A stretch of 64,000 nucleotides of DNA from Acidobacteriota bacterium (GCA_965209055.1 OZ242374.1:544001-608000), one strand, 5' to 3'. Positions 36,349-49,451 are shown, numbered from the stretch's first letter. Numbers and translations are program-made. Notes: a model not told the origin generated them from the letters alone.

Positions 36349-37967
36349 TAAACAATCCCGATGGTGGCGGCGAAGCTGTCCTGGTAGGCCTTCGGGTCCA
36401 CCCGCGCGTCGATCAGAGTGGTGGTGTCAGCAACCAGAGCCTTCTTGAGTTCCGTTTCGTATTCCTCGGGCGTCCGGACCACGACACCGGCCAGACCCGA
36501 GGCCCGGGCCACGGCCGCCAGGTCGATGGGGTGCAGATCCAGCCCGTAGTCCTCCATTCCCCGGCTTTGCTGCCTCGACTTCATGGTGCCCAGCGCGTGG
36601 TCATTCAGGATCACCAGAGGGACCCGGACTCCGGTGCGGGCGAAGACCTCCAACTCCCCCAGCCGCATCAAGGTGCTGCCATCGGCTCCAATGCCCACCA
36701 TGGGTTGTTCGGGCCGGGCCAGTTTGGCCCCCAGGATGGCCGGAAGCATCAGGCCCATGGTGCGTCCGCCGGAAGTGCAGAGATGGCTGCCGGGGCGATC
36801 CACGGGCCAGAGATGATGCAACATCAGGATGAAGATCCCCGTTTCGGAAATCAGAAGGCCGTCATCCGGCAGATGGGTCCGCGTGATCTCGATAATGTCC
36901 TGAGCCGCCAGCCGGGCGTCGCCCGGACGCCGGAACTGCCGCAAAACCTGCTCCCGGGTCTTCGCGATTTGCGACGCCGGAAATCCGGCCTGGGGGGACG
37001 GCGGAAGCAGCCGGCTCAAAGAGGTCTTCAGATCGCCGTCGATCCGGAGGCGGGGACTGGCCGCCAGCGATTCGTACTCTTTCCGCTGGGCCAATTCGAA
37101 GACGGGGGCCGCCGACTCCCACTTCTTGTCCGAAACCAGGCTGTCGCAGCCGACCAGAAGCGCCAAGTCGGCTTGCGGGACCAGCTCTCCCTCCACCGTG
37201 TGGGGAATCTGGTGTCCCACGAAGGTCCCGGCCCACAGGGGATGGGACTCGGGAAAGACTCCGTGGGCGTCCATCTCCACCAGAACCGCGGCTCCCAGGG
37301 ATTCGACCAACGAGTGCAGGAATGCGCAGGCGCCGGCCCGGACCACGTCCTGTCCCGCCAGGACCACCGGTCTTTGGGACTCTGACAACGCCTTCCGGAG
37401 AACTGCGAGCTTCGATTCGTCGGGCTGTGCGGACGGACGATCCTCAAGCGGAGCGAGCGTCCCACCCGGCACGGAAGCCGTCGACAGGTCGGTAGGAACG
37501 TCCAGCAGCACCGGACCCGGACGGCCATCGGACGCCTGGAAAAAGGCGTCGCGAAGACTCTCCCGAGCCGAGTCGAGAGAGACCGTACACTGCGACTTGA
37601 CCACCGAGTCGAAGAGCTTCCCGTGGGAGCACTGGCAGACCAGCTCCAGGTGGCCGGTGGACAATGGACTCCGCTCGCAGCAACAGACGACGGGGACGCG
37701 CTCGAAGTAGGCGTTGACGGCCCCACCCGCCAAGTTCCCGGCTCCGACGCCCTTGACCGCCAGGGCCAGACCCGCCGTCTCTCTCACGAGTCCATAGTAG
37801 GCAGCCATGATGGCCGCCGAGGATTCATGGGCCACCGTGACGAAGTCGAGATCCAGACGCCGCCCCCAATCCATGATGTCCAGGGGCAGCCCGCTTCCCG
37901 GGATGCCGAAGTAGTGGTTCAGGCCCCGTTCCCTGGCTTCCCGGACGATCAGTTCGGACAGCTGCAT
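36348..37967 (-). CDS. Thiamine-pyrophosphate-dependent enzyme (acetolactate synthase-like)
   Basis: FGIPG, VAHESSAAIMA, GRPGPVLLDVP, TMGLMLPAILGA and ADG...LND. Confidence 0.9.
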   Translation of the reverse strand: MQLSELIVREARERGLNHYFGIPGSGLPLDIMDWGRRLDLDFVTVAHESSAAIMAAYYGLVRETAGLALAVKGVGAGNLAGGAVNAYFERVPVVCCCERSPLSTGHLELVCQCSHGKLFDSVVKSQCTVSLDSARESLRDAFFQASDGRPGPVLLDVPTDLSTASVPGGTLAPLEDRPSAQPDESKLAVLRKALSESQRPVVLAGQDVVRAGACAFLHSLVESLGAAVLVEMDAHGVFPESHPLWAGTFVGHQIPHTVEGELVPQADLALLVGCDSLVSDKKWESAAPVFELAQRKEYESLAASPRLRIDGDLKTSLSRLLPPSPQAGFPASQIAKTREQVLRQFRRPGDARLAAQDIIEITRTHLPDDGLLISETGIFILMLHHLWPVDRPGSHLCTSGGRTMGLMLPAILGAKLARPEQPMVGIGADGSTLMRLGELEVFARTGVRVPLVILNDHALGTMKSRQQSRGMEDYGLDLHPIDLAAVARASGLAGVVVRTPEEYETELKKALVADTTTLIDARVDPKAYQDSFAATIGIV

Positions 37968-38026
37968 TCTTGCCTCCCTCCGTGTCCCCGGGGTGCATCC
38001 GGATCTACCGCCGGCGCGGGACCTTT

Positions 38027-39226
38027 TTAGCGATGGCCGCGGGCGAGGATCGGCCAGACTTCCACCACCTGATCGCCCCGGGTGCAGTAGATGCGATCGT
38101 AGAGGTTGACCGTGGGGTCGCAGTGGGGGGGATAGAATTCCAGCTTGTCGCCCAGACGAACATCGGCGCCGGCCGCTTCCAGGGTCAGGATGCCGTGTTC
38201 GTCCCCGCCCCATCGAAAGCCCGCGCCTTCGATCCCCACCGGCCGTGGCCCGAAGGCCCGATCGGTGGAAAAGGCCTTGAGCCCGGCATCCAGCGTGGCC
38301 TGTCTGGAGAGGTTCCTGCTGGTGACCGTGGAGAGGACCGTCAGGGCCGGATCGAAGTCATCGTAGACATCGCCCCCTCGGCCACCGATGCGCATGTAAT
38401 CCAGGTCCATGAAAACGTAGGAACCTGCCTGCATCTCGGTGATGCCCTCGATTTCGGAATCGATATTGTAGGTCCCGGTGCTGCAACCGGAGAAGATTTC
38501 CACCGGGAGCCCATCCTTCCGCATCCTGGAGAAGGTCTCCAGTGGAGCGGCCATGGATTCCTGCGAGTGCCGCCGCCGCTCTTCGAAACCGTGGACGTGG
38601 GACGACTTTCCGCAGTAGCAGTGGACCCCTCTCAGATTCAGATTCGAGAGGCGGTCCACGGCCCGGGCCAGACGGAGCGCCGGCTGTCCGGCTTCGACCC
38701 CGGTTCGGAGGTTGGCCGGATCGATGTCCAGCATGATATTGAGGTGCACTCCTCCAGCCACGGCCGCATGGTTCATCTGCTCCGCCTGCCACACATGGTC
38801 GACCACCGCCATGGTGTCGGGATGGCGCCGGGTCAAGCGGACCAGCCGCTGAAATTTGTTGGGGTCCGCCATCTCGGAGGTGATCAGGAGGCCGGTAATG
38901 CCGGCTCGGGCCATGGTCTCGGCTTCGGAGACGGTGGCCGTGGAGATTCCCAGAGCGCCGGCATCCAATTGGCGCCGGGCCACCTCGGGGCACTTGTGGG
39001 TCTTGGAGTGAGGCCGCATTCCGATGGAGCGGCTCGCGGCGTGGCGGGCCATGGACTCGACGTTGGCCTCGAAGAGATCCAGATCCAGCAGCAGGGAGGG
39101 AGTGGGAAGATCGGTCTTGCACACGCCGGAGATCCCCTCGCAGGACTCCAGGCGCGCCTCAATCTCCTCCAAGTTGTACCCTGCAACCCGATCACCGCGA
39201 ACCAACGTCTTCCCGGTGGTGCTCAT
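38027..39226 (-). CDS. DSD1/D-threonine-aldolase-like fold-type III PLP enzyme
   Basis: LPTPSLLLD, RPHSKTHK, RTGV, QAGSYVFMD, DAGLKA, DEHG and PPHCDPTVNLYD. Confidence 0.9.
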   Translation of the reverse strand: MSTTGKTLVRGDRVAGYNLEEIEARLESCEGISGVCKTDLPTPSLLLDLDLFEANVESMARHAASRSIGMRPHSKTHKCPEVARRQLDAGALGISTATVSEAETMARAGITGLLITSEMADPNKFQRLVRLTRRHPDTMAVVDHVWQAEQMNHAAVAGGVHLNIMLDIDPANLRTGVEAGQPALRLARAVDRLSNLNLRGVHCYCGKSSHVHGFEERRRHSQESMAAPLETFSRMRKDGLPVEIFSGCSTGTYNIDSEIEGITEMQAGSYVFMDLDYMRIGGRGGDVYDDFDPALTVLSTVTSRNLSRQATLDAGLKAFSTDRAFGPRPVGIEGAGFRWGGDEHGILTLEAAGADVRLGDKLEFYPPHCDPTVNLYDRIYCTRGDQVVEVWPILARGHR

Positions 39227-39416
39227 GGCCTCCTTCCTCTCATTCCACAAGTAAAAAACGCCTTCATACTATGCGCTGGGCCGAAGGCAGTTCAAATGAC
39301 CGAAATCCCCGCCGGCGACGGCAAACCGGGCCAGCGGGATTATTATCGCCCATCACCCTGGCGAGCATTCGCTCCCCAGCCGGGACAAGGGCGGCAGTGT
39401 AGACTGGGTTTGGAAT

Positions 39417-39767
39417 ATGCTGGCACGGCTGTTGATCTGCGTTGCGCTCCTGCTCGTCGTGGAGGCGGCCACCGTCACCGCCTACTGCGGTCTTCTTTTC
39501 GGATGCGGGTGCACGCTCATGGAGGGGATGGCCTCCTGCAACGTGCATCACCTCCAGGGACCCTGGTGCCCCTGGTGCAGCCAGGGGAAGCTCGGATTCT
39601 ATGCTCCCTTTGCAGGGATGACCGCCGGAGCGATCGCCGGCGCCTGGTGGGGTCTCAGGCTTCGGTCCCGCCTCTGGGCCGGACTCCTGGCCGGATTGGC
39701 CGGTTACCTGGCGGCGGGCGCCGTCGCGGCATGGATCTCGGCCCGTATCCAAGGCTATCCGCTGTGA
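39417..39767 (+). CDS. Small Cys-rich membrane protein
   Basis: Three TM segments; YCGLLFGCGC...CNVHH...CPWC. Confidence 0.6.
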   Translation: MLARLLICVALLLVVEAATVTAYCGLLFGCGCTLMEGMASCNVHHLQGPWCPWCSQGKLGFYAPFAGMTAGAIAGAWWGLRLRSRLWAGLLAGLAGYLAAGAVAAWISARIQGYPL

Positions 39768-39823
39768 GCGGGACGGTCCGCCGACTGGAATTGCAAACCG
39801 GCCGCCGCATCCGTAGGGTCCCA

Positions 39824-42136
39824 ATGGTGAAGATTTCTCCCCTCTTGGTTCTGGCGGGTGTCCTGTTGGCGTCTTGGGCGGATGGCCGGATAGCCTTCGG
39901 GCAGCCCGCTTCAGAGCTCTCGCGCCGGACGCAGCCATTGGAGATGACAGGAGACATCGCTTCCCGCCTGGTGGCCGGCGCCGACCGCTTCCTCCTGGGC
40001 AAATTGGAGAACTCCCGCCGGAACCGGGCGCGACACTGGAACCGCAACTTCTCATCTCCCGGGAACTACGCCCGATCCCTGGAGCCGAACCGGAAGAGGT
40101 TGGCTCACATCCTGGGAGTCCGGGATCCTCGGGTGCCCTTTTCGAGTCCGGAACTGATGGCCACGGTCCGGCAAAGCGCCCGCATCGGGGGGACCGAATC
40201 CTACGATGTGTTCTCCATCCGCTGGCCCTCCGTCGGCCAGATGCATGGAGAAGGGCTGCTCCTGGTTCCCCGGCAGGGCCGGCCTGCCGCCGACGTCATC
40301 GCCGTCCCGGACGCGGACCAGAGCCCGGAACAGATCGCCGGCCTGATTCCCGGGGTCCCTGCCGCATCCCAGTTCGCGCGCCGCTTGGCCGAGAGCGGCT
40401 GCCGGGTCGTGGTTCCGGCCCTCATCAGCCGGGATAGGAAGAGGCGGATCGGGCGTCCCCTCCTGACGCATCGGGAGTTCATCTACCGGTCCGCCTTCGA
40501 ACTGGGCCGGCACCTGCTGGGTTACGAGATCCAGAAGCTCCTGGCCCTGGTGGACTGGTTCACACAGGACGCCGAAGGCGGCGACCCCCGTATCGGTATT
40601 GCCGGTTATGGCGAGGGAGGTGGCCTCGCGCTCTATGCGGCCGCCCTGGACACCCGAATCGACGCCGCCCTGGTGAGCGGGTATTTCAGCGACCGGCGCA
40701 ACATTTGGAAACAACCCATCGACCGCAACGTCTTCGGGCTGCTGGAGCAGTTCGGGGACGCGGAACTGGCCTCGATGATCGCACCTCGTTCCTTGATCGT
40801 CGAAGCGGCAAGGGGTCCCGAGTTGACGCTGCCCGGAGAAGGTGGGGCTCCGGCGATTCTGGACACGCCGCCACTCGAAACCGTTCGCCGGGAGGTCCGA
40901 CGGGCCCAGGAATTCGTGGCCGGACTGAAACCCGCAGACCGGATCCAACTCGTGACCCGTGGTCCCCGGGGCGCCGGTCCCGCAGGCGGCGACCCCGCCC
41001 TGACCTCTTTGCTTGGATCGCTCTCAAGCGGACTCGAACCGGCTCCCTCCGGTCCTGCCCCCTCTTTCCTGCCGGACTCTTTCGATCCCGGGGTCCGCAT
41101 GGAGCGCCAGGTCGGCGAAATGGACCGCCACAACCAGTGGCTGCTCTCCGAGAGCCCCTACGTCCGTCAAACCTTCATGGAGAATCTGGACACCACCTCC
41201 CTGGAAGCCTATCGGAAGAGCACGCGGGACTACCGCGAGATCTTCCGGGAGGAGGTCATCGGCTGGTTCCACGACGATCGACTGCCGTTCAATCCCCGCA
41301 CCCGCCCGATCTACGACGCCCCCGGCTGGACCGGGCACGAGGTGGTCCTCGACGTCTACCCCGACGTCATCGCCTACGGGATTCTGCTTCTTCCCAAGGA
41401 TCTGGTCCCCGGCGAGCGGCGGCCGGTGGTGGTCTGCCAGCACGGCCTGGAAGGGCGGCCCCAGGAAACCATCCGCGGCGACCACAGGGCCTATCACGAC
41501 TTTACGGCCAAGCTCGCCGAACGGGGCTTCATCACCTTCGCCCCTCAGAATCTCTACATCTTCCGGGACCGCTTCCGCACGCTGCAGCGGAAGGCCAACC
41601 CCCTCAAGAAGTCCCTCTTCTCCATCATCGCCGCCCAACACCAGCAGATCCTGGACTGGCTCAAGACCCTCCCCTGGGTGGACCCCGGCCGGATCGGCTT
41701 TTACGGCCTGAGCTATGGAGGGAAGACGGCCATGCGGGTTCCTGCGCTGTTGACCGACTACGCCCTCTCCATCTGCTCGGCCGACTTCAACGAGTGGGTC
41801 TGGAAGAACGCCTCATCCCGAGCCAGGTACAGCTACGTCTTCCATGGAGAGTACGAGATCTTCGAGTTCGACCTGGGCAGCACGTTCAACTACGCGGAGA
41901 TGGCGGCCCTGATTGCCCCCCGGCCCTTCATGGTGGAGCGGGGACATTTCGACGGCGTGGCCCCCGACGAGATGGTGGGCTATGAATTCGCCAAGGTGCG
42001 CCACCTGTACTCCGCGCGCCTGGGCCTGGCCGACCGGGTCGAGATCGAGTGGTTCGTGGGACCGCACACCATCAACGGCCAAGGCACCTTCTCTTTCCTG
42101 CACAAGCACTTGGACTGGCCGGAAAAGAGAGAGTGA
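39824..42136 (+). CDS. Secreted tandem alpha/beta-hydrolase (dienelactone hydrolase/acetylxylan esterase-like)
   Basis: Signal peptide; two hydrolase units (GYGEGG and GLSYGG), CQHGLEG, and a C-terminal GPH. Confidence 0.85.
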   Translation: MVKISPLLVLAGVLLASWADGRIAFGQPASELSRRTQPLEMTGDIASRLVAGADRFLLGKLENSRRNRARHWNRNFSSPGNYARSLEPNRKRLAHILGVRDPRVPFSSPELMATVRQSARIGGTESYDVFSIRWPSVGQMHGEGLLLVPRQGRPAADVIAVPDADQSPEQIAGLIPGVPAASQFARRLAESGCRVVVPALISRDRKRRIGRPLLTHREFIYRSAFELGRHLLGYEIQKLLALVDWFTQDAEGGDPRIGIAGYGEGGGLALYAAALDTRIDAALVSGYFSDRRNIWKQPIDRNVFGLLEQFGDAELASMIAPRSLIVEAARGPELTLPGEGGAPAILDTPPLETVRREVRRAQEFVAGLKPADRIQLVTRGPRGAGPAGGDPALTSLLGSLSSGLEPAPSGPAPSFLPDSFDPGVRMERQVGEMDRHNQWLLSESPYVRQTFMENLDTTSLEAYRKSTRDYREIFREEVIGWFHDDRLPFNPRTRPIYDAPGWTGHEVVLDVYPDVIAYGILLLPKDLVPGERRPVVVCQHGLEGRPQETIRGDHRAYHDFTAKLAERGFITFAPQNLYIFRDRFRTLQRKANPLKKSLFSIIAAQHQQILDWLKTLPWVDPGRIGFYGLSYGGKTAMRVPALLTDYALSICSADFNEWVWKNASSRARYSYVFHGEYEIFEFDLGSTFNYAEMAALIAPRPFMVERGHFDGVAPDEMVGYEFAKVRHLYSARLGLADRVEIEWFVGPHTINGQGTFSFLHKHLDWPEKRE

Positions 42137-42172
42137 CGGCGGGTCCGGGCGGCCGACCCGGCGCGCCGGGCG

Positions 42173-45367
<3,195 letters not shown>

Positions 45368-45752
45368 GAAGTTCTCCTTGTCGGCGATAACAATCCGTGG
45401 TCAGAGTCCCGCGACCAAGCGGAAACGGCAGCGAATCCCGCGGCCGCCCTTTCCGATTGCCAACGCATTCGTGCGCCATCCGGATGCCACGGAGGCTCTT
45501 GGTACGGGCAGTAATGGTAGAGGGTCGAAGGTATCGAGTCCACAACCCGGGAATCGTCTGGTTCCGCGGGGAAGGACGCCGGAATCACACCCACTCGGCG
45601 CCGCGATTGCAGGCGTGGGGATTCCTCCCGGGCGATGCGCAGTCCTGCTTTCCTGCACGAGGTCAATGCTTGCCATTCATGGAAACACCCCCGGACTCGT
45701 TGTGTGTATTGAAGTCAATACTCCGTTCCGCCATGATTTGGGAGATACACAG

Positions 45753-46235
45753 ATGAGCACTCCATTCGATTCCTTGGCCACCGCCCGCAGACTTGAAGCC
45801 ACCGGAATTGCAACCAAACAGGCCGAGGCGATCGTTTTCGCTATTCAGGAGAGTCGAGACACCGCCGCCACGAAACGGGACCTGGACTCGAATGTGGCAG
45901 CGTTGCGCTCCGACCTGGAAACCAGTACGGCAGCGTTGCGCTCCGACCTGGAGGCCAGTTCGGCGGCGTTGCGTTCCGACCTGGAGGCCAGTTCGGCGGC
46001 GTTGCGTTCCGACTTGAAGGCCAGTTCGGTGTTGTTGCGTTCCGAAATGGAGGCCAATACGGCAGCGTTGCGCTCCGAAATGGAGGCCAATTCAGCCGCA
46101 TTGCGTTCCGAAATCGCGGCGACGGCAGCGGAATTGCGCGGCGAAATGGGCAAACTCAGGGGCGAACTGTTCCGGGCCCTGTGGGTACAAGGCGCCGGAG
46201 TGGTCGGCATCCTCCTCGCCTCCAGAATCTTCTGA
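45753..46235 (+). CDS. DUF1640/CCDC90-like membrane-anchored coiled-coil protein
   Basis: Head FDSLATARRLEATG...QAEAI, neck ATKRDL, 11-residue repeat stalk and C-terminal TM; GGAG RBS. Confidence 0.85.
   Translation: MSTPFDSLATARRLEATGIATKQAEAIVFAIQESRDTAATKRDLDSNVAALRSDLETSTAALRSDLEASSAALRSDLEASSAALRSDLKASSVLLRSEMEANTAALRSEMEANSAALRSEIAATAAELRGEMGKLRGELFRALWVQGAGVVGILLASRIF
45897..46127 (+). repeat. 33-bp in-frame tandem repeat, about 7 copies
   Basis: Unit GCRGCGTTGCGYTCCGAMCTGGAGGCCARTWCG (approximate), encoding AALRSDLEASS. Confidence 0.9.
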
Positions 46236-46310
46236 CAGACCGGCGTTCGGTCGGCCCTTGAGTTGTGCCGCTCGAGGAACGAATCAGGATTGAACTGAGG
46301 GAGATTCGTT

Positions 46311-47573
46311 ATGATCCACCGACGCACGTTTATCGGCGCCCTCGGGGGCAGCTTGGCGGCCGTTCCTCTCCTTGGACAAGGCCATGCAAAACCGAAGCGC
46401 CTGGCAGTGGTAGCCACCGAGTGGCGGCGCTATTCTCACGCCTGGCACACGGGTCAACGGTTTCTTGCGGGTTATCCCGTGGAGGGGCGTTGGCACCAGT
46501 CCCCCATCAGGCTCGTATCGGCCTACGTGGACCAGACGCCCGAGAACGACCTGAGCCGCGACCGCGCACGGGAGTTCGGTTTTCAAATTTATCCCACAAT
46601 CGCCGAGACGCTTCGCTGCGGCGGGGACAAATTGGCCGTCGACGTGGTCCTTATCATCGGCGAACACGGTCGATACCCGGTCAACGAACTGGGCCAGAAG
46701 CTCTACCCCCGCTACGAGTTCTTCAAGGAGGTGGTCGAGGTCTTCAAGCAGGATGGGCGCACGGTGCCCGTCTTCAATGACAAACATCTTTCCTGGAGAT
46801 GGGATTGGGCCAAGGAGATGGTCGACACGGCCCGAACCATGGGATTTCCGTTTCTGGCCGGCTCATCTTTGCCCGTCACCTGGAGAATGCCGGACATCGA
46901 CATGCCCTATGGCGCCGAGGTCGACGAAGTGATGTGCGTGTCCTCGGGCGGGGTGGACAGCTACGACATCCACGCCCTGGAGACGATTCAGTGCATGGCG
47001 GAGCGCCGCCGGGGAGGGGAGACCGGAGTCGCGTGGCTCCAGGCGCTACGGGGCGATCCCGCCTGGGATGCCATGGATAAAGGTTCCTTCGGCCGCGGCG
47101 GCTGGGACCCGGAACTGTTCCGGGCGTGCCTCTGCCGCAGCCACAAGCTGACTCAGCCGGAAAACATGAACCACCGGTACCCCACCGCGGAGCAGATCCG
47201 GCAATGGGTGAAAGAACCGGTCGTGTACCGGTACCAACACAACGATGGATTGAAAGGGACGATGCTGCTGCTGAACGGCCTGGTGGAAGACTTCACCTTC
47301 GCCGCGCGCCTGAAGGACCGCTCCGAGCCTCTCTCCACGCTGTTCTACCTGTCGCCGGTGCCCAACGTGGTTCATTTCGCGGCCCAGATGTCCAAGGTGG
47401 AGGAGATGGTCCTGACCGGCGAAGCCCCCTATCCGCCGGAACGGACGCTGCTGACCACCGGGTTGGTCGAGGCTGGGGTACGGTCACTCGCCCAAGGCGG
47501 CAAGACCCTTGAGACACCCCACCTGTCGATCCGTTACCAGGCGCCGAGACAGTCCCAATTCGTGCGGAGTTGA
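46311..47573 (+). CDS. Tat-exported hypothetical protein with an oxidoreductase-like (Gfo/Idh/MocA-like) architecture
   Basis: HRRTFI leader; VLIIGEHGRYP, VFNDKHLS, AGSSLPV and YDIHALE. Confidence 0.75.
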   Translation: MIHRRTFIGALGGSLAAVPLLGQGHAKPKRLAVVATEWRRYSHAWHTGQRFLAGYPVEGRWHQSPIRLVSAYVDQTPENDLSRDRAREFGFQIYPTIAETLRCGGDKLAVDVVLIIGEHGRYPVNELGQKLYPRYEFFKEVVEVFKQDGRTVPVFNDKHLSWRWDWAKEMVDTARTMGFPFLAGSSLPVTWRMPDIDMPYGAEVDEVMCVSSGGVDSYDIHALETIQCMAERRRGGETGVAWLQALRGDPAWDAMDKGSFGRGGWDPELFRACLCRSHKLTQPENMNHRYPTAEQIRQWVKEPVVYRYQHNDGLKGTMLLLNGLVEDFTFAARLKDRSEPLSTLFYLSPVPNVVHFAAQMSKVEEMVLTGEAPYPPERTLLTTGLVEAGVRSLAQGGKTLETPHLSIRYQAPRQSQFVRS

Positions 47574-47657
47574 GCGGAGACGGTCGAAAAGACCCGGCGG
47601 CCCCGCGGATTGCGCCTTTGTTCTTCACGGTGCAAGGTTCTTCACCCATCGACCCCA

Positions 47658-48779
47658 TCAGATGAGTCGACTGAGAAACCGGAGTGCGTGGCAAACGCGA
47701 ATTCCGTCCGCCGTTACGAATTCCCGTCCCTCTTGGGCCGTCACCAACCACGTCTCGCATTCCGGAAACCGTTTTTTCCAGTAACGAAGATTTCGGTCCG
47801 GCCTCGACTGGGAAATCTTGCATTCGACCGCCAGTACAGGCCGCCTGCGGTCGGTGACAATGAAGTCCACCTCGCGCCCATCGGTATCGCGGAAAAACTG
47901 GAGGTCGATGTCGAGCCCCTCGGCGTCCTGGCGATAGTGGACCCACTTCAACAGATGCCCGGCGACCAGGTTCTCGAGCCGCGGACCGGGTTGGGGAACC
48001 AGTGACCAATCGAAATGGTAGTGCTTCTGCGCCTTCTTGATCGCCCTGATCTTGGGGCTGCCGAACGGTGAGATCCGAAACAGGGCGTAGAGCCGTTCCA
48101 GCGCGGCCACCCAATTGCGGACCGCCTTGTGGCTCACCTGCAGATCTTCGCGAAGCGCGTTGAGTGACAGCAGTGAACCGACCCGTTCCGGCAGGCTCAT
48201 GACAAGCAGCTCAAGGTTTCCCAGATCCTGGATCCGTTCCAGTTCCCTGATCTCTTCGCGAACCAGCAGATTCCGATATTCGCGCGACCAGCGCCGCGCC
48301 TGCACTTCCGAACCCGAAAAGAACGGTTCTGGAAATCCGCCCAGCATGAGCAACTGTTCGAAGTCATCCGCGGACTCGATCCCCAGTTCGGCTACTGACA
48401 AGGGGTGCAGACGAAGCAGGTGGTATCGACCCTGCAGCGAGTCTCCGGAATAGCGATACAGCTCCAATCGAGCGCTGCCCGTGACCAGAATTCTTTGATT
48501 GTCCGGCCGGTCGTCATACAGCCCCTTGAGGTAGTTCCGCCAGCTCCGGTACTTGTGGATCTCGTCGAAGAACCAGAGCGATCCGAATGGCAACTCCCGA
48601 CGAAGAATCCATTCCCGGTGCCTGGGGACATCCCAATTCATGTAGCCTTGCCGGGCGCCCGGCAGGGAAAGGCCCAATGTCGTCTTCCCCACCTGCCTTG
48701 GGCCGGCGACGAATACCATCTTCCGGGGGAGATCCGCCTGGATTTGGTCGCGCAGGTATCGATGCTCCACGATTTGCAT
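47658..48779 (-). CDS. AAA_14 ATPase with a DUF4143 (PD-(D/E)XK-like) C-terminal domain
   Basis: GPRQVGKTT, FFDEIH, VTGS, SLQGR, GGFPE and REVDFIV...AVECK. Confidence 0.9.
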   Translation of the reverse strand: MQIVEHRYLRDQIQADLPRKMVFVAGPRQVGKTTLGLSLPGARQGYMNWDVPRHREWILRRELPFGSLWFFDEIHKYRSWRNYLKGLYDDRPDNQRILVTGSARLELYRYSGDSLQGRYHLLRLHPLSVAELGIESADDFEQLLMLGGFPEPFFSGSEVQARRWSREYRNLLVREEIRELERIQDLGNLELLVMSLPERVGSLLSLNALREDLQVSHKAVRNWVAALERLYALFRISPFGSPKIRAIKKAQKHYHFDWSLVPQPGPRLENLVAGHLLKWVHYRQDAEGLDIDLQFFRDTDGREVDFIVTDRRRPVLAVECKISQSRPDRNLRYWKKRFPECETWLVTAQEGREFVTADGIRVCHALRFLSRLI

Positions 48780-48919
48780 ATATTACAGTAATATTTCCCT
48801 ATTGATAAATATTTTTACAGATGGTTTTACCCACAAGAAAAACAATCTGTATCATCGCAGGAGAAACGGACAGTGCCGCTCGCAATGCGGCAGGCGAGGA
48901 TCAAATCAGGGACGTGTCT

Positions 48920-49160
48920 CCCCAGGCGGCGGTATCGGCCGGTCGCCGAGTTGATTCCGTACATCCCGCGGGATGCCGGAAAAATCCGGGCTGCCATCGA
49001 GACTCTGAAGGCGTTTCAGGAGACCCACACTCTCGCTGGCCTCTCGGTACGTCCAGATGATCGAAGAGTGATGGAAGTACTGATTCCGCTGGCGACTCTG
49101 GACATTGCACTCGGCGCCGCAGGACGATCCGCGGGGCTGCCTGTTCCAAGGCGCCGCTAA
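48920..49160 (+). pseudogene. Collapsed Phd/YefM-antitoxin plus VapC-toxin remnant
   Basis: PVAELIP...IRAAIETLKAFQETHTLAGLSVR, then a +1 frameshift to QMIEE, then the PIN-like C-terminus IPLATLDIAL...AGLPV. Confidence 0.55.
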
Positions 49161-49451
49161 CGGGTCACGAACCAGAGCACAACGCCCTCACCCTGCCAAA
49201 TCCCAAGTCATTTCGAGATCCTCTGAGCTACTCGGTCTTAGTAGAAACCGATGAAATCGCAGTTGTATCCGAACTGCATGTTCTGCGCTTCGGCCGTCTG
49301 GTTCTCTCGTGAAATGCGGCCGATGACGCGGGAACATCGAGTGCAAACCTGGATCACGTCGCAATGAAAAACTTGGATCCGAACGCTTAAGTTCCCGTGA
49401 ACGTGGTATTGAAATTGGTGGGGTAGCCGCCGAATATTCAGTGGAAGCGGA

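Noticed and set aside
37970-39823. Apparent 1388-aa ORF 37970-42136
   Set aside because: The 5' part is the antisense shadow of the DSD1 gene and overlaps another ORF. The real gene starts at a signal peptide at 39824.
45897-46127. Possible CRISPR array
   Set aside because: The units are contiguous, in-frame and have no unique spacers; no cas genes are present in the window.
49180-49440. Possible IS200 tnpA remnant
   Set aside because: Only a faint FQYHV resemblance; no HUH motif or terminal hairpins.
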